A stretch of 63,723 bases of DNA from Octopus bimaculoides (lineage: Eukaryota), in assembly GCF_001194135.2 (NCBI RefSeq), contig NC_068993.1, positions 1,924,039 to 1,987,761 on the forward strand, in the 5' to 3' direction. The position numbers were made by a program, and so were the translations under genes. The first letter of the stretch is position 1, and every line of letters begins with the position of its first letter. Of the stretch, positions 14,051-26,949 are shown in pieces. The notes beneath the pieces are model-generated. The model searched no databases and was not told where the DNA came from. It worked only from the letters and a program-made list of their open reading frames with translations.

Positions 14051-14737
14051 CGCGCGCAAACACACGCAAACACACATACATGTATTTATGTATATAAGCA
14101 TACGCAGATATATTTATATACATATGTCTACACATACATACGAACACACAAACATAAATATATATGCATGTAATATAATGCACACACACACACACACACA
14201 CACACTGCCAAGTACATGTATCCACTTATACGTAATCGATATCTCTACTGCCATATAATTAAAATTCATAATTATTAAATCTTATAAAACAACGTAAAAA
14301 CGTATAGTATGATGTAATTCTATGGAATACAGGAAGACTACACGTTAATCGAGAAAGAAAATAACAATAACAATAATAATAATAATAAAACATATTCATT
14401 ATTATACAAACATTTTAGAGGGAGTGAACGTTAATTATAATTAAGATTGTAATATAAATTTCACAGATAATTGCCAATCAAAGTCTTTCTCCCACGCAAC
14501 GTAACAGCAACATAGGATGGACATATCTACATTGGTATTAGAAGCATTAGAAGCATTAGAAGCATTGGTAGTGATCTCGGCAATGGTTAGAAAAACGAGT
14601 TCCAGCGACTGTTGCATACATCCTAAACGCACAGAACAGACATATCAAGCAGAATACTAAACTAGCAGGATGAACATGCAAAGCATGTAAATGTATAGCG
14701 CAATAAGAAATGTCAGGAGTATCTATCTATCTGTCTA

Positions 14738-14770
<33 letters not shown>

Positions 14771-14771
<1 letters not shown>

Positions 14772-14834
14772 CGGGAACCCAACCAACGATCTACCGATCA
14801 TGAGTGCAACACCTTAGCCACTAGGCCACCCGCT
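14771..14834 (-). mobile_element. tRNA-derived SINE head (family D)
   Basis: Minus strand GGGTGGCCTAGTGGCTAAGGTGTTGCACTCATGATCGGTAG..GGTTGGGTTCCC. A-box TGGCCTAGTGG; similar to the head at 26287-26377. Confidence 0.6.
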
Positions 14835-14897
14835 ACACACACGCACATACACGCGCACACACACATATATATATAATATATACATATCATACACATA

Positions 14898-15435
14898 CGA
14901 GGCTGTGTGGTAGGAAGCTTGCTTCACAATCACATTGTTCTGGGTTCAGTCTCACTGCGTGACACCTTGGGTGAGTGGCTTCTACTATAGCCTCAAGCAG
15001 CTCAAGGCTTTGTGAGTGGATATGGTTGACGGAAACTGAAAGAAGCCTGTCGCATATATGTATATATATATATTATTAATAAGTTTGAAATGGAGAGATT
15101 CAATGGATTTAAATTAATTTATTAATTAACATTGCCTACAATTGTTTCACTTCACACACAATTTAAATTACGAAACATATATAATAATATAAGTTTGCAT
15201 GTGGGTGTATGTTTTTGTGTGACTGTGCTTACCTCCCACACCACAACGGTTGACAACCGGTGATGGCGTGTTTACGTCTCTGTAACTTAGCGGTTCACCA
15301 AAACGGCCTATAGAATAAGTACTAGTCTTTTGAAAATAAATATCGGGGTCGATACATTCGACTAAAAATTCTTCAAAGAAGTGCCCCAGCATGGCCGCAA
15401 TCTAATGACTGCAACAAGTAAAAGATGAAAGATAA
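14898..15435 (+). mobile_element. Bipartite SINE family B, near full length, with internal TA/TG spacer
   Basis: Head GGCTGTGTGGTAGGAAGC..GGTTCAGTC..CACCTTGGG..GGAAACTGAAAGAAGCC at 14898-15060. Distal half ..GTAACTTAGCGGTTC..AATAAGTACTAG..GGGGTCGAT..CAGCATGGCCGCA..AAGTAAAAGA at 15205-15435. Confidence 0.85.
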
Positions 15436-15755
15436 ACGCTATATATATATATATCAACATTAACAATAAACGTATATGTGCCTCACCCTTCACCCTCCCA
15501 CGAATAAACAGTCAATAATAGATATTAGTGTGATTATGTTTGTTCACTAAACCAATTTAATATGAATTCAGACAATAATGAACATACAAGAAAAAAATAA
15601 AATGCAAACCCAAAAAATAAAGACAAGTAAATCAAATATCATTTGTTCTTGAACTTAAGAAAAGACGAAATATTAAATGTCAAAGATTCAAAATTTCCTA
15701 AAACAACAGAAAAAGAAACAGAATATCCAAACACTCTTGAATATAACATGACAGT

Positions 15756-15955
15756 GGAGGCACAATGGTCCAGTGGTTATGGCAGCGGACTCGTGGTCAT
15801 AGGATCGCGGTTTCGATTCCCAGACCAGGCGTGGTGAGTATTTATTGAGCAAAAACACCTAAAGCTTCACAAGGATCCGGCAGGGGATTGTGGCGAAACC
15901 CTGCTGTACTCTTTCACCTCAACTTTCTCTCACTCATTCGTCCTGTTTCTGTTGT
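15756..15955 (+). mobile_element. tRNA-derived SINE (family E), 5' part
   Basis: A-box TGGTCCAGTGG and B-box GGTTTCGATTCCC at tRNA spacing, followed by a non-tRNA body ending in (TA)n. Confidence 0.75.
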
Positions 15956-16909
15956 ATATATATATAGAGGAAACGAACGAGAATAGTAAAGAAGAAATAT
16001 AGTAATTTGTTAGAATATAGGATGCAGATTGCTCTAGTGCAGCAGACGGGAAGAGAAAAAAGGCTGAGTCAGTTGTAGCCATGTTGTAATCGGTTTAAAT
16101 CATAAGCTGGACACGTGATCCTGACCCGGATGTAAAAAATAGGCATACTAATACACGAACTTTAGCAAAAACCGCTTCAGTAACTTTTCACTTCTTTCCT
16201 CTACAAAATAATACAAAACAACAAAAAATATAAACAACACGAAATCAGGATAAAACCAGTAAAATGGTAATCTTCAAAAAATCGAAAAATACAAGATGTT
16301 TACGGAAGTATTCTAAGTTTTTACTGTTTTCCCTACATTTTTTCTCACTCACCCACTCTCTGTCTCTTTCTTTCTCTCCTTCTCACTCTACCTATGTCTT
16401 CGTGTATGTGTGTTTCCCATGTTAGTATCCGTGAGAGATCATATAGTCTTCTATTGATATATTTCTATTTGTAAATATTTAGCTGCCTGTCTGAGTGTGG
16501 TTCATTTTATATGTATGTACTTTGCGGCTCCTGCATCCACATTTATATATATTTCTGTTTCTGTGTCTTTTTGTCTAATAATCTATTTGTCTGATAATAT
16601 ATCTGCGAATGATTGTGTTATTACTTATGTATATTATACCTTTGCCGTGCGAATATCTTTCAGTAATGATCTCATCTTCTTCCCCGCTCAACACTTTAAC
16701 TTCCCCTCTCTTTCTCCTCTCCATATGTACATGTGTATGTATGTCTACACATTTGTGTGTGTATATATATAATTTACACACATACGCCTTATGTATGTAT
16801 ATATATGTATGTGTATAAATAAAGTGAAGGAGAGAGAGAAAGAGAAATTTATATGTAGTGAATGTTTATACATATGAAAGTTGTTTTGTTTCTATCACAA
16901 TACGGTATT

Positions 16910-16961
<52 letters not shown>

Positions 16962-17364
16962 AAGTGCTTTTTTGAATGCTTGTGGCGTAATGCGGATTTA
17001 TGCATAAATAGATGTCGCTTACTTGCAACTCCACTCATACGTTCAGACATACAAGTATACACAGAGGCATATGAAGAAATACTTCCACAGATATCATTAC
17101 GTTTCATCGTAGTAAATTCCCAAATATAGGTCATAGGAATCCAGCTATTGGAAACTGTGGTAAATTGATTAGAAAGAGCAAATGACAAACAGGTCTCCAA
17201 AAAGTAGTCATGGAGTTATAACGTGTGAGACTAGTTAACTTCGCTTCGCACAAATTGCAAACAAAATACTGTAAAACGGCCGCATTTGGGGAACCGATGT
17301 GCCAACCACGTATACTGATTCCAAGGTTATTATAATTATGTCCGTGTTAAGTGTTGCGCATTTG

Positions 17365-17560
17365 TAGAATACTGGAACTTCGGGGGAAATGCCTTGCAGT
17401 ATTTGTTCCGGCCTTATACATTCTGAGTTCAAATCCCACCGCAGTCAATTGCACCTTTCATCTTTTTAGAGTCAACAAAAACTAACCACAGTTCAACAAC
17501 TGGGTTCGATGTTATCGATTAGTCCTCCTCCACATAAAATCGATGGCCTTGCGCCTTGAT
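17365..17560 (+). mobile_element. SINE family A, degraded
   Basis: TTCTGAGTTCAAATCCCACCG B-box, CCTTTCATC core, GGCCTTGCGCC tail. Confidence 0.75.
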
Positions 17561-18250
17561 CCCAAATCATTATCATCATCATTGATGTACCACCGATGTC
17601 CATGTAAACATATCTTCATTATACCAGTGATTTTTTAGTTCAAACATCTTTCCCGAATCACCGCACGATCTAGAACCTGTAATTGTAGAATTTGTTTTGT
17701 TTTTTTCTTTGCAACTGGATCATCATAAAATTAGATTTTACGGTTCCCATCCATACATCCTAACAAAGCAATTAAAGAACGAAGAGAGAAATGGGCATAG
17801 AATGGAACCCTGTGATAGTGCGACATCCAATTACTGTAGCAATTTTTATAAACGAAAAATCTGGTCTTAGGTTACAAATCAATCACCATGAAAAAGTATT
17901 AACCAGAGACTGGGCTTTGATCATTTATAGAATGACATATTATGTGGCAAGGAAGCCTTTTCCTCTCCTAGAAAAAAAAACAGAAGAAACAAATCAGAAA
18001 AAAAAAGCAATAGAAGATTTGAAGATTTATTTCATGGATGAAAAGCGTTTATTTCATTAGACTTAAGGTAAAAAAATAAAATAAAAAAAGAAAATATTTA
18101 GCTGACGTCGTTAGAATTTGAACCTATAATGATTGAAGATTCACAGAAACGTGTTAGAAGTTATAAAGTTATATACAATTGCAGCCGAGGTGGGAAATAT
18201 ATCTGTCTACCTATCTAAGTATCTATGTGTGTGTATGTGCGTGTGTGTAT

Positions 18251-18284
<34 letters not shown>

Positions 18285-19138
18285 GTAGTAGTAAAAGGCA
18301 TAAAATGAAGGAAATGATTTTGGTCGACAAATCAACCAGGGATGCACAGTTTCTAAAATAGTTTAGAATCAATTCAAAATTTACGAAGTAATTTCGTGAT
18401 AGAGAATTTAAATTTGTCGCCTGGATGGGTAGCAACAATGTACTTTACCGGAAAGAAGGACTCTTGCCTTGTTATTTCTGAAAGAAAGTAAATCATTTCA
18501 GGCATGTTGCAGCCTGAAGATTTGCAATGAACGACCAAAGACAAAAAATAGAAAGAAATCCCCGCCAAAATGTAAAAACAAATAACCAAAATGAAACCTC
18601 TTCACAAATAAATGGCAAAATTTGGTACCAATTCATGAAACAAAGTGTAAATGATCTCTCGCAGAAAATCCAATATCTTGGGAATGGTTAACGAGATTGT
18701 GAAGAAAACATGCGTAAAATAGTTTACAGCGCCATCTGTCTAAAAATAACCTGTTTGTTAAGTAAATGTCTGATTATAAGTTAAAGTTAGACAACAATTT
18801 ATAGAAGATACTCTCTGAAGCACAGACAAATGTATATAAATTGTATTTACTTGACACTCTTCAATCTCAATCTCAATCTCTCTCTCTGTCTCTCTCTCAC
18901 TCTATCTGCGATCTTTTTCTCTCTGTCTTTCTTCCTCTGTTTCTGTTATCCCTCCCTCTAATTTTCTTTATGTATCTCTCTATTTCTCTGTCTCTCCCTC
19001 TGCTTCTGTCTTTTTCTCTCTGAACCTCGACATTTCTTGTGCATAATCTCAAATATGCACAAACATTTACTCAATAGATTTTAATAATATAATAGCATAT
19101 AATTATGTCTAGAAGTTATTTTTGAATATGGCCCATCC

Positions 19139-19195
<57 letters not shown>

Positions 19196-20138
19196 GTGTT
19201 TGTCTGTCTGTATGCATATATATGTATGTATGTATATATATGTATATATNNNNNNNNNNNNNNNNNNNNNNNNNNNNNNNNNNNNNNNNNNNNNNNNNNN
19301 NNNNNNNNNNNNNNNNNNNNNNNNNNNNNNNNNNNNNNNNNNNNNNNNNNNNNNNNNNNNNNNNNNNNNNNNNNNNNNNNNNNNNNNNNNNNNNNNNNNN
19401 NNNNNNNNNNNNNNNNNNNNNNNNNNNNNNNNNNNNNNNNNNNNNNNNNNNNNNNNNNNNNNNNNNNNNNNNNNNNNNNNNNNNNNNNNNNNNNNNNNNN
19501 NNNNNNNNNNNNNNNNNNNNNNNNNNNNNNNNNNNNNNNNNNNNNNNNNNNNNNNNNNNNNNNNNNNNNNNNNNNNNNNNNNNNNNNNNNNNNNNNNNNN
19601 NNNNNNNNNNNNNNNNNNNNNNNNNNNNNNNNNNNNNNNNNNNNNNNNNNNNNNNNNNNNNNNNNNNNNNNTATATATATATATATATATATATATATTC
19701 ATATACACAAATATAGCAGTATATCGAGATTAAAAACTGACGTAGTAATATATATTTTAAAATGTATAACGAGAGTTTTGTATATTTTATGACGGTGTAT
19801 AGAGAGTCTTGTCGAATGTTTATTTATAAATAAACAATCATGATCATAGTGTTTCTACATGTCATCATAAAATATATAAAACTTTTAACCACTATAAACC
19901 TGCTACATTTCTGAAAGATGTGACCTCTCCATATTTACATATTTTATATACGATAAAATATTTTACCTATATCCTACATTTTCTAATTTCATTTTGTATT
20001 TATTTACTTTTATTTTTAGTTATTTTGTTCTATTTTATCATCGTCTAACCACCTTTTAACTTTTTGCAACAAATAAACACATTAACTTAATAAACGAGTC
20101 ATCTGGCACAATCTGTCTTTATAAAAAAAAAAATGGTG

Positions 20139-20211
20139 TTAAAACTTTTGAAATGTTTCAAATTAAAACTTTTGAAATTTTTAAAAATTAAAACTTTTGA
20201 AATCTTTTAAA
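20139..20211. repeat. Minisatellite, 3 x 24-25 bp (TTAAAACTTTTGAAAT.TTT.AAA)
   Basis: 16-bp core identical in all three consecutive units. Confidence 0.85.
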
Positions 20212-21005
20212 TCTTTAATCTATATTTTAACAAGTTTGTGCTAAAATAATAAGCTAGTATAAAACCTTGAATTTAAATCTTTAAACTTTTAATTTTAAAT
20301 TGACTTTAAGTGAAATTATAATCTATATCTCGATTAAATCGATTCAACAAAATTTACATCCTCCCTCGTAAATTCAAACGATAACATATATTTGGCTGGC
20401 CATCATTTTGATAAAATCTACATTTGCATTACATTTCAACGACAATTTTGCCACGATAAGAATTATTGAACTCCTAATTTGCTCCAATAAAACTGTATCT
20501 ATAATTCAACCCCACTTAACTACTGCAAGAGAAATGAATTATATGAATGCTACATCTTGTTCGTAGGACACAAGCTAGAAGAACGGCAATGACGATGACA
20601 CTTATTGAGGCAGAAACATGTATCTACAGTTATATTCTTTTCTTCAGACAGTCAGACTGTCTTTCCCTTAATATTTCAGTTATAGAGAAATTTTTTTATT
20701 CATGACATTATGTCTCCTCATTCCTACCAAGTCACGTGATTTCAATAAACCTTGAATTAATCGTGCATGTTATTTATTATACTTCTCTTCGTATTTGTTC
20801 TTCAAATCTATGCGACTCTGAGTTATTTTTCTTTGCTCTTTTTATTTCACTTATACAAATACTTCAGTGTTTAAATACAAGAACAACGTACCACTACTCA
20901 GGCAGCTCCTCTTACTTCCAGGTTTTCTCTTCATTTTTGCTTTATTGAATGATACAAAGGTGGCATATATTTGAAGGCGATACCGATATTGCTTCGTTTT
21001 CCTGA

Positions 21006-21054
<49 letters not shown>

Positions 21055-21139
21055 TATATGTATATATACATATATACACGCACACACATATATATGCATA
21101 CATACGTGTAGGCACATGTGTGTGACTGTATACATTTAT

Positions 21140-21209
<70 letters not shown>

Positions 21210-21878
21210 ATGTGTGTACATATGTATATACACACATATAGACATAGATATGCGTGTGCATGCGTGTTTAAGAGACGCATGTGTGTAGACAAGACAGATA
21301 ATATTATAATATATGTATGCTTTCCACCTACACACAAAAGCAAACTGCAACATTACACCCTCTGCGAGTGTATATTTACATGACTGTGTTCAGCATCAGT
21401 TGTGATACACATATCAGAAAATATATTCGATGTAAGAAAGAAAAGCCGCTTCTTCTGCGATACTAATTCAACGAAGTGATCACAGTGACCATGGTTATTT
21501 CTGGACCATTCCTGGTTATGATGCAGTGAGCAAAATAGACAAAGTCTTTTAGTCTAGTTCATGCTTTTATTTTCTTGATTAAATTGAGTTTCTTTAGCTT
21601 GATATTGTGTGAGATTTGTCTCTTTTTGCTTGAAAACACGTCGGATAAAACCGAGAAGAAGATATTTTGCACGTTTCTGGGATCGCCCACCGTAACAAGT
21701 TCAAACCTTTCTCTCTCAGCCTGTACAACTTGTTTTTAATATCCGGCGGTTGTAAATCTCAGTTGGACACCAATGATAAGTTCGGAAATGAGATGCTTTT
21801 GATAGTATAAGGTCATCAGTCTCTGTTTTTGAGAACTGCTTGTGAATTGTTGAGAGGAACAAGACAAAAAGGAAAAAA

Positions 21879-21912
<34 letters not shown>

Positions 21913-23474
21913 CGAAAGAAAGCAATGGCTCGTTAGAATAATTTTACAAATCACTGACTAAAGAGTCTCTTGCTGATCTAAGTAGGAAATTTCACAGCAC
22001 TTCAAGCGAAGCCTGACTGATGCATCAGCTTCCGAAATTCCATATAAAACGGAATGCTTAGTGTTCCCAGTTTAGACCTGTAACCGCCTAAAATTCCTAC
22101 CTATTCACAGTTGTTACAGATTCCAACGTGTGGAAGCTGTAGCAGAACGACACCGTGTACCAAACCAGCCTTTGTTGACCAGCAAAGGTCAACATCACTT
22201 CATATTCTTCAGATGAATAAAAAAAAAGCAACAACAACAATGAAAAAATTAGAATTACAATTCAGATTCTAGATTCATTCCTATGATTTTATATACGTTG
22301 TATGATTTTTTTCTTGTATTGTATTATTTAAAAAAAAATATTATTGTATGATACTTTTCTATTTGTTATGTTTCAGCTGTTTACCATTACCGTTTTATTT
22401 CTGGTTTAAGTAGAACGAACTTTTAATGAGACTAAACATAGTTACTTTCTAAAACTAAAAAAATGTTTCTTGTTATTTTCTCAAAATGACACTCTAATTA
22501 GCGACAGGATATCAATTCCATTTCAGTCTTTTAAACACGTTGGTGCTGCCGTGTAATATTCAGGTCCATAATGTCTTCAAGGGTAACAATATTTCACGAA
22601 GAGTATCCAGCTCAGATGTTTTGCTAAAACAAGGAGTGTTTCTGTAAATTCTCTCAGCGTAAGTTTAAATCTCAGATTCAAATCTGTTCAAATAAAAATT
22701 CACACCAACTGAAACTACATATATTACAAAAGAATTTGCTTTTGTTTATTTCAGATTTGTTTATTTAGATGAAACTTTGGTCTGTCACATTTTTCTTATT
22801 GTCTAACCAAATTTTGACGTATTTAGTTATACGAAGAGAAACAAAAACGGGAGAGAAGAAAAGATTTGTGACATCTGGAAAATTGCATCAGAAAAAGAAG
22901 AGTGAAATTAAAGAAAACATTAGAATTTTCTCGAACTACAGTAGGAACATTGACGATACAGTTATCAGGAGAGAGAGAAATCCATAAGAGCATTAAGCGA
23001 ATACCTTTGCTGTGTTATAGATTTATAAATACTATAACAGAAATCTTATTCTGAAAGTTGAGACATTTTCGTTTTTACATACATGAAATAGAAGAGATAC
23101 AAGAAGTAGCGAGGAAGTTGCTATACATTCATTCAATCTACTTTAAATAGCAGCAAAATCTTTCAGTCTCTTTAAAGAACAAAATTATACGGGCTATAAT
23201 AAATCTTATAAATATACGGTCTCAATAACCCCGGTTATAGTCACAACCAGAATACTAATGAGACGAGCAAGTTTAACCCAAATCCACATGTTCTAGTTTA
23301 TCAAGATAATGAACAATGAAATACAGCTTTAGTGGGATATTTAAAATGCCAATAACGTCTGTTTGTGTGTCAGCTGTACATCAATGTCACGCAAATCTAT
23401 TCGAGTCAGATGTTGTATTTGTTAATCTTCGATGTGTAGTCAATACTCATTATTATGGTAGTGATTCTAATACA

Positions 23475-23530
23475 TAGCAGACCAATGATCAAAGACATTC
23501 CAGCCGTGACCATGCCGTCTGTTACTTAGA
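23475..23530 (-). mobile_element. Repeat family F fragment
   Basis: AGCAGACCAATGATCAAAGACATTCCAGCCGTGACCAT; related to 55245-55290. Confidence 0.5.
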
Positions 23531-23559
23531 TATAGTGTTACGTGAGACTAATGTAAACC

Positions 23560-23695
23560 TGATATTTAACGAGTTTGCTCCGAAACCACGAGTTCCTGGG
23601 TTCGATTCCATTGCGTGACATCTTAGTCAGGGAAATATACCATAGCCTAGGGTTAACCCAAGACTTGTGAATGAATTTGAAGCTGACAAAAAGCA
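23560..23695 (+). mobile_element. SINE family B head, degraded
   Basis: CCTGGGTTCGATTCCATTGCGTGACATCTT..CATAGCCT..CTTGTGAATGAATTTG aligns with 14898-15060. Confidence 0.55.
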
Positions 23696-24169
23696 GGAAA
23701 AAATAATAAAAACAAGTGACAGTGTTGTGATGACAAAATAGTTAACAATAAAACTAAAACCTGTGTGTGTAAGTTCATTGGCAGTATGACCCATCCCTAA
23801 CGTACAACAATATAGATTTCAATACACGCAGCCATTTGGAAAGAACATCTTGTACTAGAATGTACAATAGAATTCAGAGTTAAATTACAAAATTATGGAT
23901 GTTGTATATCATATAAGGTGTATGGGAGGCAACCATTACAGCCTAATAAGGAGAAACGGCCTGTAGCGTATGTGAAAGCATTGGATTGCACTGTTGTAGA
24001 TAGAGTGAAGTGAAACAAGACGCAATAAATCGATAAAGAATACTGAGTTACGAAACACTTGTTATTCCTCGAACACATGCCTCATTACAAAAGCTGTCGC
24101 ATACTGGAAGCAGGTTCTGACTCTACATACATCCTCAACAGAAAGAACGAGTGGAGTACCCCATCCCTA

Positions 24170-24420
24170 CCCCAACCTCCGCCACCACCGCCGCTGCCAC
24201 TGTCAACGTCGCTATCATCATCACCGCCACCGTCACTGTCGCCACATCGCCACCTCCATCTCGGCCGCTGTCATCGTCAGCACCGCCACCGCTGCAACTG
24301 CCGGCACCACAGCCAGTGCCAATGCCACAACTACCACTACCGCCACCATCAAGGTCACTACTATAACCGTATCGCCACCCCCACCGCCGCCACTGCCGTC
24401 ACTGCTGCCGACGCGGTCTC
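24170..24420. repeat. GC-rich CCG/CCA/TCA trinucleotide mosaic
   Basis: Low complexity; open in several frames (poly-P/H/A/T). Confidence 0.8.
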
Positions 24421-24454
24421 CTCATGTTTTCACCTACCAAATATACTCAGAAGG

Positions 24455-24562
24455 CTTTAGTCGGTCTGAGCCTACAGTAGAAGATACTTGCTCAAGGTGT
24501 CACACAGTGGGACTGAACCCGGGACTATGTGGTTGGGAAGCAAGCTTCCTACCACACAACCA
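24455..24562 (-). mobile_element. SINE family B head
   Basis: AGTAGAAGATACTTGCTCAAGGTGTCACACAGTGGGACTGAACC..CTTCCTACCACACAACC is the reverse complement of the family B head. Confidence 0.85.
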
Positions 24563-24842
24563 TATATATAAATTTTAAAAATGCATAGTAAATGCACAAA
24601 CGAAAAACAGAACGGCAAGTTAAAAAACATATAGTAGATGCATAGACGAACTGTGTTTTTCAACTTGCTATTCTGTCTGTTTTTCGGCATTTTCTATACA
24701 TTTTAAAACTTATTAATGAATGGAACGTAACACACCCATATATATGTATGTATGTATGTATATGCTGTGTGCATATTTGTATAAGTATTTCTTTAGTGGT
24801 TTAAACTGCATTGTCACGCAGCTGTTTGTGAAGAGATACAAA

Positions 24843-25023
24843 TTAAGTAAAGCAGTTTGTGACATTCTTTAGTTCAGTAACACCATTAGGACTGTTCTGC
24901 TGTTCAGCCATTGAAGTCTTCCCGCTCTGCAAGAACACATCTGCACCGAGCACAATTGAGTCTACCTCATTAATGGCTCTTTTTTCTTCTTTTAGAATCT
25001 TTGTTGGCTTCATTTTACCATTT
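24843..25023 (-). CDS. Candidate terminal coding exon of an unidentified minus-strand gene (59 aa + stop)
   Basis: Acceptor TTTGGTTTCTTTTTAAG| then (x)NGKMKPTKILKEEKRAINEVDSIVLGADVFLQSGKTSMAEQQNSPNGVTELKNVTNCFT*. Non-repetitive, hydrophilic tail-like composition; no homolog recognised. Confidence 0.45.
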
Positions 25024-25347
25024 CTTAAAAAGAAACCAAATTCCCGTCACAGACTTCTATTGATCAGTTCTTCATGAAATTATTTTCGAAATTCCGAAGA
25101 ATATTGCTGACTAACATTAGATTAAGGGGAGCCAGGTTTTTTGTCATGAAAAAGTTCGTTCACATTGACTGTTTCACTAAGTAGATCGCCATTTTGAGAT
25201 AATTTATGACACACTGGCGCACATGCCTACGTTCACGTGTGTATGTATGTATGTATGTATGTATGTATGTATGTATGTATGTATGTATGTATGTATGTAT
25301 GTATGTATGTATGTTTACATGTANNNNNNNNNNCATGTATGTTTGTA

Positions 25348-25400
<53 letters not shown>

Positions 25401-26159
25401 TTACACACACATATATATGTATACATACGTACATACACATATATATTATAACATCGTTAATTCTTTTTTTTATTTTGTTTTTGCTGATAAGACAAATGAT
25501 GCGGCTAACAACCAATTAAATTCCACTAAATTACAGCAAGTTTTATTAGGAGGCGAAGTAAGAATAGATCAAACGCAATCCTCGATATCTTCTCCTTATT
25601 AAAGGATGGAGAAGCGTTTAAAGTAGCAGAAAAGTGCTTTCAATTAAACAGTCTCAACGCTTAGGTGGGAATGAGAATTTAAAGATCAACTTGTTTATAT
25701 TTGCAATCGAGTTTATATTATTGCTAGTTGACATTATAATGGCATTTTTCCCTGCTGTTCGATGCCGGAAGAATCCACTTGTAAAGAATATAACCACGAT
25801 AAAACTAAAAAGTAATAATTCTACTTGGAAGCATGGATAACAAATATGGCCTTTCACTTAATCCATGCGTTCTTTTAAGAAAGTGTATTTCTTAAGTAGC
25901 ACCACTAGAGAAATATTGATCCCTTTGCTAGTCACGAAGATGTCTTGGGTTCGGGTGGGTGTATATATAATTTCTGCGGCCATTGAATACATTCCAAGGT
26001 GTTAATTCTAGTTATTTATATCAGTAATGGTTCGAAAGAAAGCAGATTCATTTCTCAATGGGATCAGACTTAGAAAAGAAGCAAGACGGCAGTAAATACT
26101 AGTAGGTATTATATACAGTTTTGCACGCAATCAGTCATCCGTTCTATTTAATTTTTCTA

Positions 26160-26377
26160 CACTAGACACAAGGCCTGAAATTTTTGGGGAGGGGACAGTC
26201 GATTAGATCGACCCAAGTACGCAACTGGTACTTAATTCAGTGCCCCGAAAGGATGAAGGGCAACGTCAAACTCAACGGAATTTGAAGTGTTTTGCTCAAG
26301 AACACAACGCGCTGTCCAGTCCAGGAACCGAAACCACAACTTTACGATCGTTCTAACCACTAAGCCACGCGCCTCCA
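26160..26377 (-). mobile_element. Chimeric SINE: family D tRNA head fused to family A core and tail
   Basis: Minus strand 26377-26287: GGAGGCGCGTGGCTTAGTGGTTAG..GGTTTCGGTTCC..TTGAGCAAAACAC. Joins directly to TTCAAATTCCGTTGAG..CCCTTCATCCTTTCGGGG..GGCCTTGTGTCTAG. Confidence 0.75.
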
Positions 26378-26651
26378 CTGATGGTATCAGTGAGGTGGAT
26401 GGGACGAAGAAGGAATATACCAGGCGTTATTATGTTCCAAAAGCAATTAATTCTGCTGTGAAGACGTTGGATAAAATAGTTTTGATACTTTTCACAATTG
26501 GAATAAAAAAGCATCGACGCCAGTAATTTCCACCCTTTTCCTGTTATTTAAACTCGATTTGATTCACTTCCATATTTACTTATTTTCTTTCAAAATAGAA
26601 AAAAAAAAAGTATAATTACCATTGAGTCACGGACAAAATAGATGGAACAAC

Positions 26652-26814
26652 ACAATTATAACACAGTTCTTTATTTAAGAGATGAGGAATTATGTACATT
26701 ATTTACATTTGACGGCTGGAGGGTATATCAGCCGAAACGTTGTGTTAACAACAAACAAGATGAGGACAAATATCTGTCAAATGTAAATAGCGTAAATAAT
26801 GTACAATTATAACA
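26652..26814 (+). mobile_element. HH family 1 insertion with inverted 3' segment and 12-bp TSD (ACAATTATAACA)
   Basis: TSD at 26652-26663 and 26803-26814. 26664-26713 is the antisense 3' end; 26714-26802 is the sense body starting at ribozyme stem II. Confidence 0.85.
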
Positions 26815-26949
26815 ATTTTTCTTTTCAGAACAACAAAAATATTTAAATTTCAGGTATGATCTCCTTTTACCTATCATGTACATTTTTTATCTACAAACAT
26901 TAAATTCATTCCTGGGTGGTGATAGCTGATCTACACAGCTTTTTGAACA

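Noticed and set aside
18727-18740. CTCF-like AGATGGCGC cores (also at ~1430)
   Set aside because: Only the 9-bp half matches; expected by chance.
20865-20959. Signal-peptide-like frame VPLLRQLLLLPGFLFIFALLNDTK
   Set aside because: No in-frame ATG or convincing donor (GTGGCA), and no compatible downstream exon found.
24059-24460. Pro/His-rich 133-aa ORF
   Set aside because: Low-complexity CCG/CCA mosaic; multiple frames equally open.
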